A stretch of DNA of 64,000 bases from Candidatus Pampinifervens sinense (GTDB lineage: Bacteria; Aquificota; Aquificia; Aquificales; Aquificaceae): positions 165,155 through 229,154 of the forward strand of contig JAXSPP010000002.1 of assembly GCA_037927135.1 (NCBI GenBank), written 5' to 3'. Position 1 is the stretch's first letter, and the number at the start of each line of letters is the position of its first letter. The notes beneath the pieces are model-generated. The model made no database searches. It was not told the origin of the DNA and saw nothing but the letters and a program-made list of their open reading frames with translations. Shown one piece after another: positions 24,456 to 32,912 of this stretch. Made by a program: the position numbers and the translations under genes.

Positions 24456-25704
24456 AGTGATTACATCTCTGGATATAGGGACAAGCAAAGTTGTAGCTTT
24501 GGTTGGAGAAGTAGATAGCTATGGTGATCTGCACATAATAGGCATTGGAGAGGCACCTTCAAAGGGGATTGACAAAGGGTATATTACGCGCTTGGATCAA
24601 GCTGTAAGTTCTGTTCTTAGTGCTGTGAGGGAAGCTCAAGAGATGGCCGGTGTAAGAATAAAAGAGGTAGTTCTTGGATTTTCTGGCCCCACGCTCAAAA
24701 GCCAAAATGAAAGGGATACTATCAGTATATCCTCTCAACCTATAGAGATAAGCCACGCTCATATAGATAGGCTTATAGAAAGAGCTGTAATGCGCTCAAG
24801 GGAGGAAGGGTATGAGGTGTTAGGAGCTATTCCGAGAAGGTTTGTATTGGATGAGCAGGAAGGTGTAATAGATCCAATAGGACTTCTTGGTTCAAGGCTT
24901 TCGGCCGAAGTGCATGTAGTAAAGATAAGCTCAAGCCTTCTTAAGAATACAGAAAAGGTGATTCATAACGCTGGTTTGGAGGTTTCAGAAAGGTTTATAT
25001 CTCCCATTGCCTCTGCGGAGGCTGTGCTTACCCCGGAAGAGAAGGAGGAGGGTGTGCTCGTAATAGATATGGGTGCTGGCCTTACAGATTTTGTAGTCTT
25101 TTCAGAAGGGTCTATTCTTATCACAGGTTGTGTTCCAATTGGTGGTTTGAGTATAACCAAAGATATAGCCCATTTTATGAAGATAAATGTGGAGCAAGCT
25201 GAAAGGGTTAAGGTGGAGCATGGCTATGCTTTGGTAGACACGGTTAACGAAGCTGAAAGGATTAAGATAAAACCAAGGGGAGAGGAAAAGGAGGTGAGTA
25301 TAAGCAGAAGACAATTGGCGGAGGTTATACAGATAAGGTTGGAGGAGATTATGGAAAAGTTGGCAGATCTTTTGAATATGCAAGGTGTAGACCTTGATTC
25401 TTTGCATGCGGGTATTGTTATAACTGGGGGCTCTGCTAAGTTGGCTGGAATGAAGGAGTTTTTGGAGAGGTTCTTTGAACTTCCAGTCAGGATTGGGTAT
25501 CCTTTAGGTGTAATAGGTCTTAAGGAAAAAGTTCAAGATCCAGCTTATGCTACAGCGGTGGGGTTGATAAAGATGGCCTACAGGAACCTTACTTTTGAAA
25601 GGCGAGATCTTACCTTAAAGAATCAAGAAAAGGAAAAGGAAAACTCTTCCTTCTTGTCTAATCTGGCAGAAAGGATTAAATCTTTCATAAAGGAAATAAT
25701 ATAG
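24439..25704 (+). CDS. ftsA: Cell division protein FtsA
   Basis: LDIGTSKV, IDMGAG, VITGGSA, YATAVGL; start uncertain (24430/24439/24457). Confidence 0.95.
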   Translation: MGKEIRVITSLDIGTSKVVALVGEVDSYGDLHIIGIGEAPSKGIDKGYITRLDQAVSSVLSAVREAQEMAGVRIKEVVLGFSGPTLKSQNERDTISISSQPIEISHAHIDRLIERAVMRSREEGYEVLGAIPRRFVLDEQEGVIDPIGLLGSRLSAEVHVVKISSSLLKNTEKVIHNAGLEVSERFISPIASAEAVLTPEEKEEGVLVIDMGAGLTDFVVFSEGSILITGCVPIGGLSITKDIAHFMKINVEQAERVKVEHGYALVDTVNEAERIKIKPRGEEKEVSISRRQLAEVIQIRLEEIMEKLADLLNMQGVDLDSLHAGIVITGGSAKLAGMKEFLERFFELPVRIGYPLGVIGLKEKVQDPAYATAVGLIKMAYRNLTFERRDLTLKNQEKEKENSSFLSNLAERIKSFIKEII

Positions 25705-25715
25705 GGGGTATAAGG

Positions 25716-26801
25716 ATGGATGTTTTGAATCCAACAAGGATTAAGGTTTTTGGAGTAGGTGGTGGTGGTTCCAATGCGGTCAACAGAATGTACCTTGAAG
25801 GTATAGAAGGGGTGGAGCTTTTTGCTATAAATACAGATGTACAACACCTTGCTTCCTTGGCTGTGCCAAACAAAGTGCAGATAGGTGAAAAGATAACAAA
25901 GGGATTGGGTGCTGGTGCTAAACCGGAAATAGGGGAGCAAGCAGCCTTGGAAGATATAGATAAAATAAGAGAGCTGTTAAGGAACACCGATATGCTATTC
26001 ATAGCTTGTGGTTTGGGTGGTGGGACTGGGACAGGTGCAGCACCCGTTATAGCGGAAGCGGCAAAGGATATGGGTATACTGACGGTGGCTGTGGTGACAA
26101 AACCTTTTAACTTTGAAGGTCCTAAGAGGATGCAGGTGGCCAACGAAGGCCTTGAGAAGCTTAAAGATATAGTGGATACATACATAGTTGTGAACAACCA
26201 GAAGCTGGTAGAAATTGCGGACAAAAACTTTAGTATAAAGGATGCTTTTAAGATGGTGGATGACGTGCTTGCAAAGGCTGTGATGGGTATTACGAGCATA
26301 ATAGTCACTCCTGCTCTCATAAATGTGGATTTTGCCGATGTTAAAACTGTTATGGAAAAGGGAGGCCTAGCCTTGATAGGTATAGGGGAAGGAAAGGGTG
26401 ATGGCAAAAGGGATTATGCTGTAGAACAGGCAATAAGTAGTCCTTTGCTTGAGGGCAATAGCATACAGGGAGCAAGGAGGCTTTTGGTCACCCTTTGGGT
26501 GAGTGAGGATGTGCCTTTTAAGGAGGTGGAGGAGACTATAGGAAAGATAAGGGAGAGCGCCCATGAGGATGCTCTTATAATCTTTGGTGCCATGCTTGAA
26601 AGCAACAGAGAGAACTTTATGAGGGTGGCTGTAGTGGCCACAGATTTTGAAAACGTTCAAAGCCTAAGCCAGCTTAAGGTTGTTAAAAAGCCAGATATAA
26701 GAGATCTGTCAAAGAGGCCACCACAGGAAATGCAAATAGAGCCAGTTCAACCAGAGATTGATGAAATGCCGGCTTATTTGAGGAGGAAAAGGAAAATATA
26801 A
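25716..26801 (+). CDS. ftsZ: Cell division protein FtsZ
   Basis: GVGGGGSNA, GGGTGTG, INVDFADV, C-terminal EMPAYLRRK. Confidence 0.98.
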   Translation: MDVLNPTRIKVFGVGGGGSNAVNRMYLEGIEGVELFAINTDVQHLASLAVPNKVQIGEKITKGLGAGAKPEIGEQAALEDIDKIRELLRNTDMLFIACGLGGGTGTGAAPVIAEAAKDMGILTVAVVTKPFNFEGPKRMQVANEGLEKLKDIVDTYIVVNNQKLVEIADKNFSIKDAFKMVDDVLAKAVMGITSIIVTPALINVDFADVKTVMEKGGLALIGIGEGKGDGKRDYAVEQAISSPLLEGNSIQGARRLLVTLWVSEDVPFKEVEETIGKIRESAHEDALIIFGAMLESNRENFMRVAVVATDFENVQSLSQLKVVKKPDIRDLSKRPPQEMQIEPVQPEIDEMPAYLRRKRKI

Positions 26802-26803
26802 CT

Positions 26804-27073
26804 ATGCGCATAAATTTAGGAAAAAACAAAGCACTTGCCTTTATAGTGGGTTTAGCTTATGGTTATAGAAATGCACATATAGAGTTTAAAACCTTATCAT
26901 TGGAAGAGTTTGTGGAGGAAAACCATAAGGATGATAAAGTTTATTACATAAGTAGGCTAGAAGGGGAGGTTTATGAGAGTTTTAACGATAAAGTTAGTCA
27001 TATTTGTGTGGTAAGGGAGGATAAAATTAACGGTAAAGTTTGTATATTTATCTACAAAAAGCATGTGAAATAA
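26804..27073 (+). CDS. Small hypothetical protein
   Basis: 89-aa ORF 2 nt after ftsZ stop. Confidence 0.65.
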   Translation: MRINLGKNKALAFIVGLAYGYRNAHIEFKTLSLEEFVEENHKDDKVYYISRLEGEVYESFNDKVSHICVVREDKINGKVCIFIYKKHVK

Positions 27074-27078
27074 AATCC

Positions 27079-27107
27079 TTGATTTATCTTGTTTTTATTC
27101 CTATACT
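27079..27107 (+). promoter_or_regulatory. Sigma-70 promoter of copper operon
   Basis: TTGATT-17 nt-TATACT, ATG only 7 nt downstream. Confidence 0.6.
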
Positions 27108-27114
27108 TTAATCC

Positions 27115-28299
27115 ATGGTATTTTTGTTGATATTGAATTTACTTCTTCTTTCTCTATCAAAGGCTGGCGAGCTTGAAACTTTGATAGACTATGCCATAAA
27201 AAACTCACCACGGCTAAAAGCCTATCAAAGTATGATAGAGTCTACAAAGTACAGGGAAAAATACTCAAAGAGCTTGCCAAACCCTTCCTTATTGATAGGA
27301 CTTAACAACCTGCCTTTAAACAGGCCTTATCCAAACAAATATGAGCCTATGAGCAGTCTCTCCGTGGGCATAAGTCAGATGTATATGCTTCCTATAAAGA
27401 GGGAAAGGGAGGCCTTGGTGGCTTTAAAGGAGAGACTTGCCCTATTAGAAGAGGAGGAACTGCTAAAGAGGGAGCTCATAAGGGATATAAAGCTTAGCTA
27501 TTTAGAGTGGCTATACACCTTTAAAAGAGAAGATCTTTTAAAAAGGATAGGAAGAGAAATAGAAGCCTTATACAAGCTGGCGGAGGAAAACTACAAGTAT
27601 GGAAGGGCAAACCTCTCTGACCTTCTTTTCCTAAAAGGTGAGCAGATAAAGGTGAAAGGTGAGATTGAAAAGGTAAAACTGGAAAGGGAGAGTAAAAAGG
27701 AAGAATTGGACTACCTTGTGGGTAAAAGCTTTGAGCTAAAAGGGGAAGAGGTGGACTTTAAAAGGAAAGAATTCCCAGAGGTAAACTTAGATGAAAGTAT
27801 TTTCATAAAAAGACTAAAGGCTCAAAGGGAAAAGCTTATGGCTGAAGTGGAAAGAAGAAGGGTAGAATACCTGCCAGACATTGAGCTGATGGCAGAATAC
27901 ATGATAAGGCCCTCTATGGAGAATATGTTTAGTTTGAGGGCAGGGGTTAGCCTTCCAGTATGGAAAAGAAAAAGGGAAGACCTTCTTGTATTGGAGAAGC
28001 TTGAAGAAGTCAGGGCAAAGGACTGGGAGATTGAAAGCGCAAGGCTTGAGTTAAAAAGGACATTAAACAGCCTTAGGATTGAATACAGCAGGCTTAAAGA
28101 GGTGCTAAGTTTGTTGGAAAAGGCCATTGAAGAGAAGAAGAATGAGATAAAAGCCTTGGAGCTTGCCTATAGGTATCAAAGGGCGGATCTAAGAGACCTT
28201 CTTAGGCTATACAGAGAGCTTTGGGAGCTGGAGATGAACAAGCTTGATGTGGAGCTTTCCATTCAAAAGGTATGGCCAAGGTTGGAGGTATTGCTATGA
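27115..28299 (+). CDS. TolC/CusC-like outer membrane efflux protein
   Basis: Signal peptide, LIDYAIKNSP, LPNP repeats, helical coiled coils; precedes MFP gene. Confidence 0.88.
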   Translation: MVFLLILNLLLLSLSKAGELETLIDYAIKNSPRLKAYQSMIESTKYREKYSKSLPNPSLLIGLNNLPLNRPYPNKYEPMSSLSVGISQMYMLPIKREREALVALKERLALLEEEELLKRELIRDIKLSYLEWLYTFKREDLLKRIGREIEALYKLAEENYKYGRANLSDLLFLKGEQIKVKGEIEKVKLERESKKEELDYLVGKSFELKGEEVDFKRKEFPEVNLDESIFIKRLKAQREKLMAEVERRRVEYLPDIELMAEYMIRPSMENMFSLRAGVSLPVWKRKREDLLVLEKLEEVRAKDWEIESARLELKRTLNSLRIEYSRLKEVLSLLEKAIEEKKNEIKALELAYRYQRADLRDLLRLYRELWELEMNKLDVELSIQKVWPRLEVLL

Positions 28300-29675
28300 G
28301 GAGATACATCTTTCTTTTAACGGGCTTGCTTTTGATAATTCTTTTTGTAGGTGGAGTGTTCTACTTTATGAAAAAGCCAAAAGCAAGCCAAGTGCCACAA
28401 GGCTATGAGAAAACTCTTTCTATATCTCAGGAGGGAATAGAGGTAGAGGTTTATTCTAAAGGTAAAAGGCTGGATGTGGGCAAAAACATCCTTTACATAC
28501 TCATAAAGCCACCAAAGGACCTAAAAGAACTCTACTTCTACATGCCACCTATGCCCGGCATGGGTGAGATGAGGGAGGATGCTACCATCAAAAAGACTTC
28601 TCCAGGGCTTTATGAACTTCAGCTAAACATAAGCATGGCAGGCTCTTGGCAGATGGTGGCAGTGATTGACCAAAAGGTTATAAAAAGGGACCTCTCCATA
28701 CCTTTTACCGGTGAAGAAAAAATGCCTGCTCAAGAGAAAAAGGAGGGTGTTATAAGCGTGGATGTAAACAAGCTTCAGCTTATAGGCATTCAAACGCAGG
28801 AGGTAAAAAGGGAAGAGCTTGTAGAGAGCTTTTCCACTGTGGGCTATGTCTCTTATGACCTTTCAAGGGTTTACGAAGTAACTTTGAGAGGTGATGCATG
28901 GATTTTGGATACCTTTGGAAGGTTTGAAGGGGAGTTTATAAGAAAGGGCACCCCCTTGATGAGGGTCTTGAACCCAGATGTAAACATCGCAAGGGAGGAG
29001 CTAAGGCTTGCAGAAGAGTTAAAGAGGGAGGACCTAAAGAGGGCAGCTTTACAAAAGCTCTCTTATTTGAAGGCTGGGGATGTTATCTCTTCTCCTTACA
29101 GCGGTGTGATAGTGGAGAGGAAGGTTTATGAAGGGGGCTTTTTAAGGGCTGGCGATACAGCTTACAAGATAGCGGATATATCCAAAGTTTGGGTGATAGC
29201 GGAGGTGCCCCAAGTGTATGCGGGAAGTGTAAGAAAAGGTATGCGGGTGCTTGTAAGCCCTGTGGGACAGGAAGAGTCCTATGAGGGTATAGTGGATTAC
29301 ATCTTTCCAGAGGCCGACAAGATGGCAAGGACCATAAAGGTTAGGATAAGCCTTCCTAATAGAGGTGCCAAGCTGAAGATAAACCAGATGGTGGATGTTT
29401 ACTTTGAAAGGCCATTGGGTCACGTGCTTGCCGTTCCAGAGGATGCAGTGGTAGATACGGGAAAGAGAAAGGTGGTTTTTGTAGAAAGAGAGCCTGGTCT
29501 TTATGAGCCAAGGAATGTAAGGCTTGGAAGAAAAGCGCAAGGCTACTATGAGGTGCTTGAGGGTCTAAGGGAAGGTGAAAAGGTAGTGGTAAGGGGGGCC
29601 TTCTTGCTTGATTCTGAGGCACAGCTAAAGGGCCTGTACGGTGAGAAGGTAAAGGGGCATGAGCATCATCATTGA
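28296..29675 (+). CDS. cusB: CusB-like RND periplasmic adaptor with N-terminal YtkA-like Met-rich domain
   Basis: MPPMPGMGEM, SPYSGVIV, IADISKVWV, LLDSEAQL, C-terminal HEHHH. Confidence 0.85.
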   Translation: MRRYIFLLTGLLLIILFVGGVFYFMKKPKASQVPQGYEKTLSISQEGIEVEVYSKGKRLDVGKNILYILIKPPKDLKELYFYMPPMPGMGEMREDATIKKTSPGLYELQLNISMAGSWQMVAVIDQKVIKRDLSIPFTGEEKMPAQEKKEGVISVDVNKLQLIGIQTQEVKREELVESFSTVGYVSYDLSRVYEVTLRGDAWILDTFGRFEGEFIRKGTPLMRVLNPDVNIAREELRLAEELKREDLKRAALQKLSYLKAGDVISSPYSGVIVERKVYEGGFLRAGDTAYKIADISKVWVIAEVPQVYAGSVRKGMRVLVSPVGQEESYEGIVDYIFPEADKMARTIKVRISLPNRGAKLKINQMVDVYFERPLGHVLAVPEDAVVDTGKRKVVFVEREPGLYEPRNVRLGRKAQGYYEVLEGLREGEKVVVRGAFLLDSEAQLKGLYGEKVKGHEHHH

Positions 29676-29698
29676 AATAAAAAATAGGAGGTGAGGCC

Positions 29699-29941
29699 AT
29701 GACTGGAATGATGGTAGCAATGGTGGTAACTATGCTGATCATTGGCCTTTTTGGCATGTCTGATGGCAAGATGCACATGTATAAGCACATGCATGATACT
29801 AAGACCCACGGGAAGTCTGGAAAAGGTGGCCACAAGGAGAGTAAAACTAAGGACAACGCCCATGAACATGGAAAAGGTAAGGAGGAAAAGTCAAAGGACG
29901 ATCAGCACAAACACGAAGAGAGGAAGGAGGAATCAAGATGA
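29699..29941 (+). CDS. Small Met/His-rich membrane-anchored protein
   Basis: SD AGGAGGTG; Met-rich hydrophobic N-terminus then His/Lys/Glu-rich tail; ATGA overlap with next gene. Confidence 0.72.
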   Translation: MTGMMVAMVVTMLIIGLFGMSDGKMHMYKHMHDTKTHGKSGKGGHKESKTKDNAHEHGKGKEEKSKDDQHKHEERKEESR

Positions 29942-30333
29942 AGATAACTATTTTGCTCTTGCTCTTACCTATCCTTGTTATAGCTGAAGAGCTTTTGGCC
30001 TATTATAGCCCAAGCTGTGGATGTTGCACCTCTTACTTTTCCAAGCTAGAAAAGGAAGGCTTTAAGGTCAAAAGGGTTGAGATAAGCCCTGACAAGTTGA
30101 TGGAAATAAAAAGCCAACTTGGTATTCCACCACAGCTAAGGTCATGCCATACCATGCTTTACAAGAACAAGTTTATAGAGGGGCATGTGCCCCCAGAGGG
30201 CATAAGAAGGCTTACAAAGGACAAAAGTCTTCTGGGTGTGGCCTCTCCACATGGCATTAAAAGCGCAAGGGGAGGCTATGAAAAAAGCTTTTTCCTCGTT
30301 TACAAAGATAAGGTCAAGGAGGTAAGGCCATGA
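29938..30333 (+). CDS. DUF411/CopG-like periplasmic copper protein
   Basis: Signal peptide, CGCC, SCHT, IEGHVP. Confidence 0.88.
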   Translation: MKITILLLLLPILVIAEELLAYYSPSCGCCTSYFSKLEKEGFKVKRVEISPDKLMEIKSQLGIPPQLRSCHTMLYKNKFIEGHVPPEGIRRLTKDKSLLGVASPHGIKSARGGYEKSFFLVYKDKVKEVRP

Positions 30334-30785
30334 GAAGGCTATATCTTTTCTTGCTTTTCTTTTTATTTGCCTTTTCCTTTAGCTTCCCTCAGCCCAAGGA
30401 ACCACCCAAGGGCGAGAGGTGTGTGGTGTGTGGAATGGATGTGAACATGGACCCAAAGCTTACCTCACAGGTAAAGCTAAAGGATGGGTCCTACAAGTAT
30501 GCAGAATCTCCAAAGCACATACTCAAATACTACCATGAGAACAAGGACAAGGTGGCTGAGCTTTGGGTAAAGGACTACAAAACCGGCAAATGGATAGATG
30601 GCAGAAGGGCCTTTTATGTGGCCATAAAGGAGGGGCCTATGGGCTATGACCTTGCGGCTTTCAAAAGCAGGCTGGACGCTCAAAAGTTTGCCCAAAGCCC
30701 TCAGGCGGCAAAGAACAGGGTATATCAGTTTACGGAGATAGACAAGACCTTTTTGGAACACTTAGAGATGGGTCATGTGCACTGA
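30330..30785 (+). CDS. NosL-family copper-binding protein
   Basis: Signal peptide, CVVCGM, WVKDY..GKWIDG..AFYV, GPMG..LAAF. Confidence 0.82.
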   Translation: MRRLYLFLLFFLFAFSFSFPQPKEPPKGERCVVCGMDVNMDPKLTSQVKLKDGSYKYAESPKHILKYYHENKDKVAELWVKDYKTGKWIDGRRAFYVAIKEGPMGYDLAAFKSRLDAQKFAQSPQAAKNRVYQFTEIDKTFLEHLEMGHVH

Positions 30786-30797
30786 AGGAGGTGAAAG

Positions 30798-30911
30798 ATG
30801 ATGTGGGATATGCATGGAATGGGTTGGGGCATGGGGCTACTTTATCTCCTTGTTCTTCTCTTTTTAATACTTGGGATAATAGCCTTTGCAAAGTACATAA
30901 TCAAGGGGTAG
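30798..30911 (+). CDS. 37-aa single-TM peptide (not in ORF track)
   Basis: SD AAGGAGGTG; MMWDMHGMGWGMGLLYLLVLLFLILGIIAFAKYIIKG*; fills the gap between NosL-like gene and copB. Confidence 0.75.
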   Translation: MMWDMHGMGWGMGLLYLLVLLFLILGIIAFAKYIIKG

Positions 30912-30914
30912 TCC

Positions 30915-32912
30915 ATGCACCACCATACTCATCATGAACATAAGCATACTACCGCCACAAGCCATGAGATGCATCTTTTTGAAATGAAAAAGAGAGCCAT
31001 AGTATGCACACTTTTAAGCGTGCCCGTGGTCCTTCTTTCTCCAACCTTCCAAGAGCTTTTGGGCTTTAACCTTCCAGAATTTTATGGAAGGTCTCTTATA
31101 ATCCTTGTTCTCTCAAGCCTTGTCTTTCTGTATGGAGGATCTTTCTTCATAAAGGGTTCTTTGAAAGAGCTAAAGGTCCTAAAGCCCGGTATGATGAGCC
31201 TTGTCTCTGTGGCCATTAGCGTGGGCTTTGCTTACAGCTTTTATGCCCATTTTAGCGGTGGTATGGACTTCTTCTGGGAGCTTTCCACACTCATCGTGGT
31301 TATGCTCTGGGGACACTTTATAGAGATGAAGTCTGTGCTTGGAGCCTCAAGGGCCCTTGAGGAACTTGCAAAGCTTATTCCAAAGAAGGCAAGGCTTGTA
31401 AAGGGTGATGAGCTTGTGGAGGTGGACACCGCCAAGCTAAGGGTGGGTGATGTGGTGCTTGTAAAGGTTGGGGAAAAGGTGCCCGCCGACGGCACAGTAA
31501 TTGAGGGGAATGCCCATGTGGATGAGTCCTTGCTGACAGGTGAATCCATACCTGTCTTTAAAAAAGAGGGAGACAAAGTGATAGCTGGCTCTATAAGCTT
31601 GGATGGTGTGATAAAGGTGAGGATTGAGAGGACGGGAGAGGATTCCTATCTGAGTCAGGTGATGAGGATAGTAAAGGAGGCTCAAGAGTCAAAGACAAGG
31701 CTTCAAAACCTGGCGGACAGGGTAGCCTTTTACCTCACCATAATAGCCATACTTGTGGGCCTTGGCACCTTCTTCCTTTGGGTTTACTTCTCCAAGGATG
31801 TGGGTTTTGCAATGGAGAGGGCTGTATCTGTGGTGGTTATAACCTGCCCCCATGCCCTTTGCCTGGCCATCCCTTTGGTTATTGCCATATCCACCTCTTA
31901 TGCCTCCTCTAAGGGTATCCTTGTCAGAGACAGGCTTTCTTTGGAGCTTTTAAGGAAGGTGGATGTTGTGCTTTTTGACAAGACGGGCACGCTAACAGAG
32001 GGCAAGTTTGGACTAAGGGACGTATACGTAAAGGACATGGATGAAGAAGAGTTTTTAAAGCTAGTTGCCAGCATAGAAAGAAACTCAGAGCACATCATAG
32101 GAAGGGCCATAGTCCAGCATGTAAAGGACAAAGGGATTGACCTTGAACCTGTGGAGGAATTTAAGGTATATCCTGGCAAGGGTGTGCTGGGGAAAGTGAA
32201 AGGTATGAGTGTTGCGGTGGGAACGGAAGGTTTTCTAAAGGAGCTTGGAATGTCTATGGATGAGGATATTGTAAAGAAAGCACAAGAGCTTTCAAAGCAG
32301 GGAAAGACTGTAGTATGGGTGGGGATAGAAGGTAGGCTTAGAGGAATTTTGGCCCTCTCCGACAGCATAAGGAAGGAGTCTTATGAGGCCATAAAAAGCA
32401 TAAAGGCCATGGGAAAGAGGGTGATGATGATAACGGGAGATTCGGAAGAGGTGGCAAAGTGGGTTTCAAAGGAGCTTGGCATTGACGAGTACTTTTCAAG
32501 GGTTTTGCCGCACCAGAAGTCCGAAAAGGTAAAGGAGCTTCAAGGGAAGGGCCTTAAGGTTGCCATGGTTGGAGATGGTATAAACGATGCGCCCGCTTTG
32601 ATGCAGGCGGATGTGGGCATAGCCATAGGGAGTGGGACGGATGTGGCCATTGAGAGTGCAGGAATAATCTTAGTAAGGAACGATCCAAGGGCTGTGGTAA
32701 GGGCCATAAGGCTCTCCAGCCTCACCTACATTAAGATGGTTCAAAACCTCTTTTGGGCTACAGCCTATAACCTCTTTGCCATACCTTTGGCAGCCGGCCT
32801 TTTTTATAAATGGGGCCTGCTTTTGCCCCTGCCCCTCTCTGCTCTTCTTATGAGTATGAGCACCCTTGTGGTTTCCATAAACGCTTTGCTTATGAGGAGG
32901 CACATGCGATGA
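30915..32912 (+). CDS. copB: CopB-type P1B-3 copper ATPase
   Basis: His-rich N-terminus, TGES, CPH, DKTGT, GDGINDAP, YN and MSxST. Confidence 0.88.
   Translation: MHHHTHHEHKHTTATSHEMHLFEMKKRAIVCTLLSVPVVLLSPTFQELLGFNLPEFYGRSLIILVLSSLVFLYGGSFFIKGSLKELKVLKPGMMSLVSVAISVGFAYSFYAHFSGGMDFFWELSTLIVVMLWGHFIEMKSVLGASRALEELAKLIPKKARLVKGDELVEVDTAKLRVGDVVLVKVGEKVPADGTVIEGNAHVDESLLTGESIPVFKKEGDKVIAGSISLDGVIKVRIERTGEDSYLSQVMRIVKEAQESKTRLQNLADRVAFYLTIIAILVGLGTFFLWVYFSKDVGFAMERAVSVVVITCPHALCLAIPLVIAISTSYASSKGILVRDRLSLELLRKVDVVLFDKTGTLTEGKFGLRDVYVKDMDEEEFLKLVASIERNSEHIIGRAIVQHVKDKGIDLEPVEEFKVYPGKGVLGKVKGMSVAVGTEGFLKELGMSMDEDIVKKAQELSKQGKTVVWVGIEGRLRGILALSDSIRKESYEAIKSIKAMGKRVMMITGDSEEVAKWVSKELGIDEYFSRVLPHQKSEKVKELQGKGLKVAMVGDGINDAPALMQADVGIAIGSGTDVAIESAGIILVRNDPRAVVRAIRLSSLTYIKMVQNLFWATAYNLFAIPLAAGLFYKWGLLLPLPLSALLMSMSTLVVSINALLMRRHMR

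Noticed and set aside
25685-26407. 240-aa minus-strand ORF and the many other 60-210 aa antisense ORFs in the track
   Set aside because: Lie opposite well-supported genes (here ftsZ); Ser/Pro/Phe-rich composition expected from reverse-complemented purine-rich codons
21200-27100. Visibly more AT-rich stretch (glgA to ftsZ, strongest at the recO-like gene and ftsQ) as a possible acquired island
   Set aside because: Contains core genes, with no integrase, tRNA border or flanking repeats; composition judged by eye only
31845-31868. CPHALCLA in CopB instead of the usual CPHALGLA
   Set aside because: Single substitution outside the defining CPH motif; could be strain variation or sequencing error
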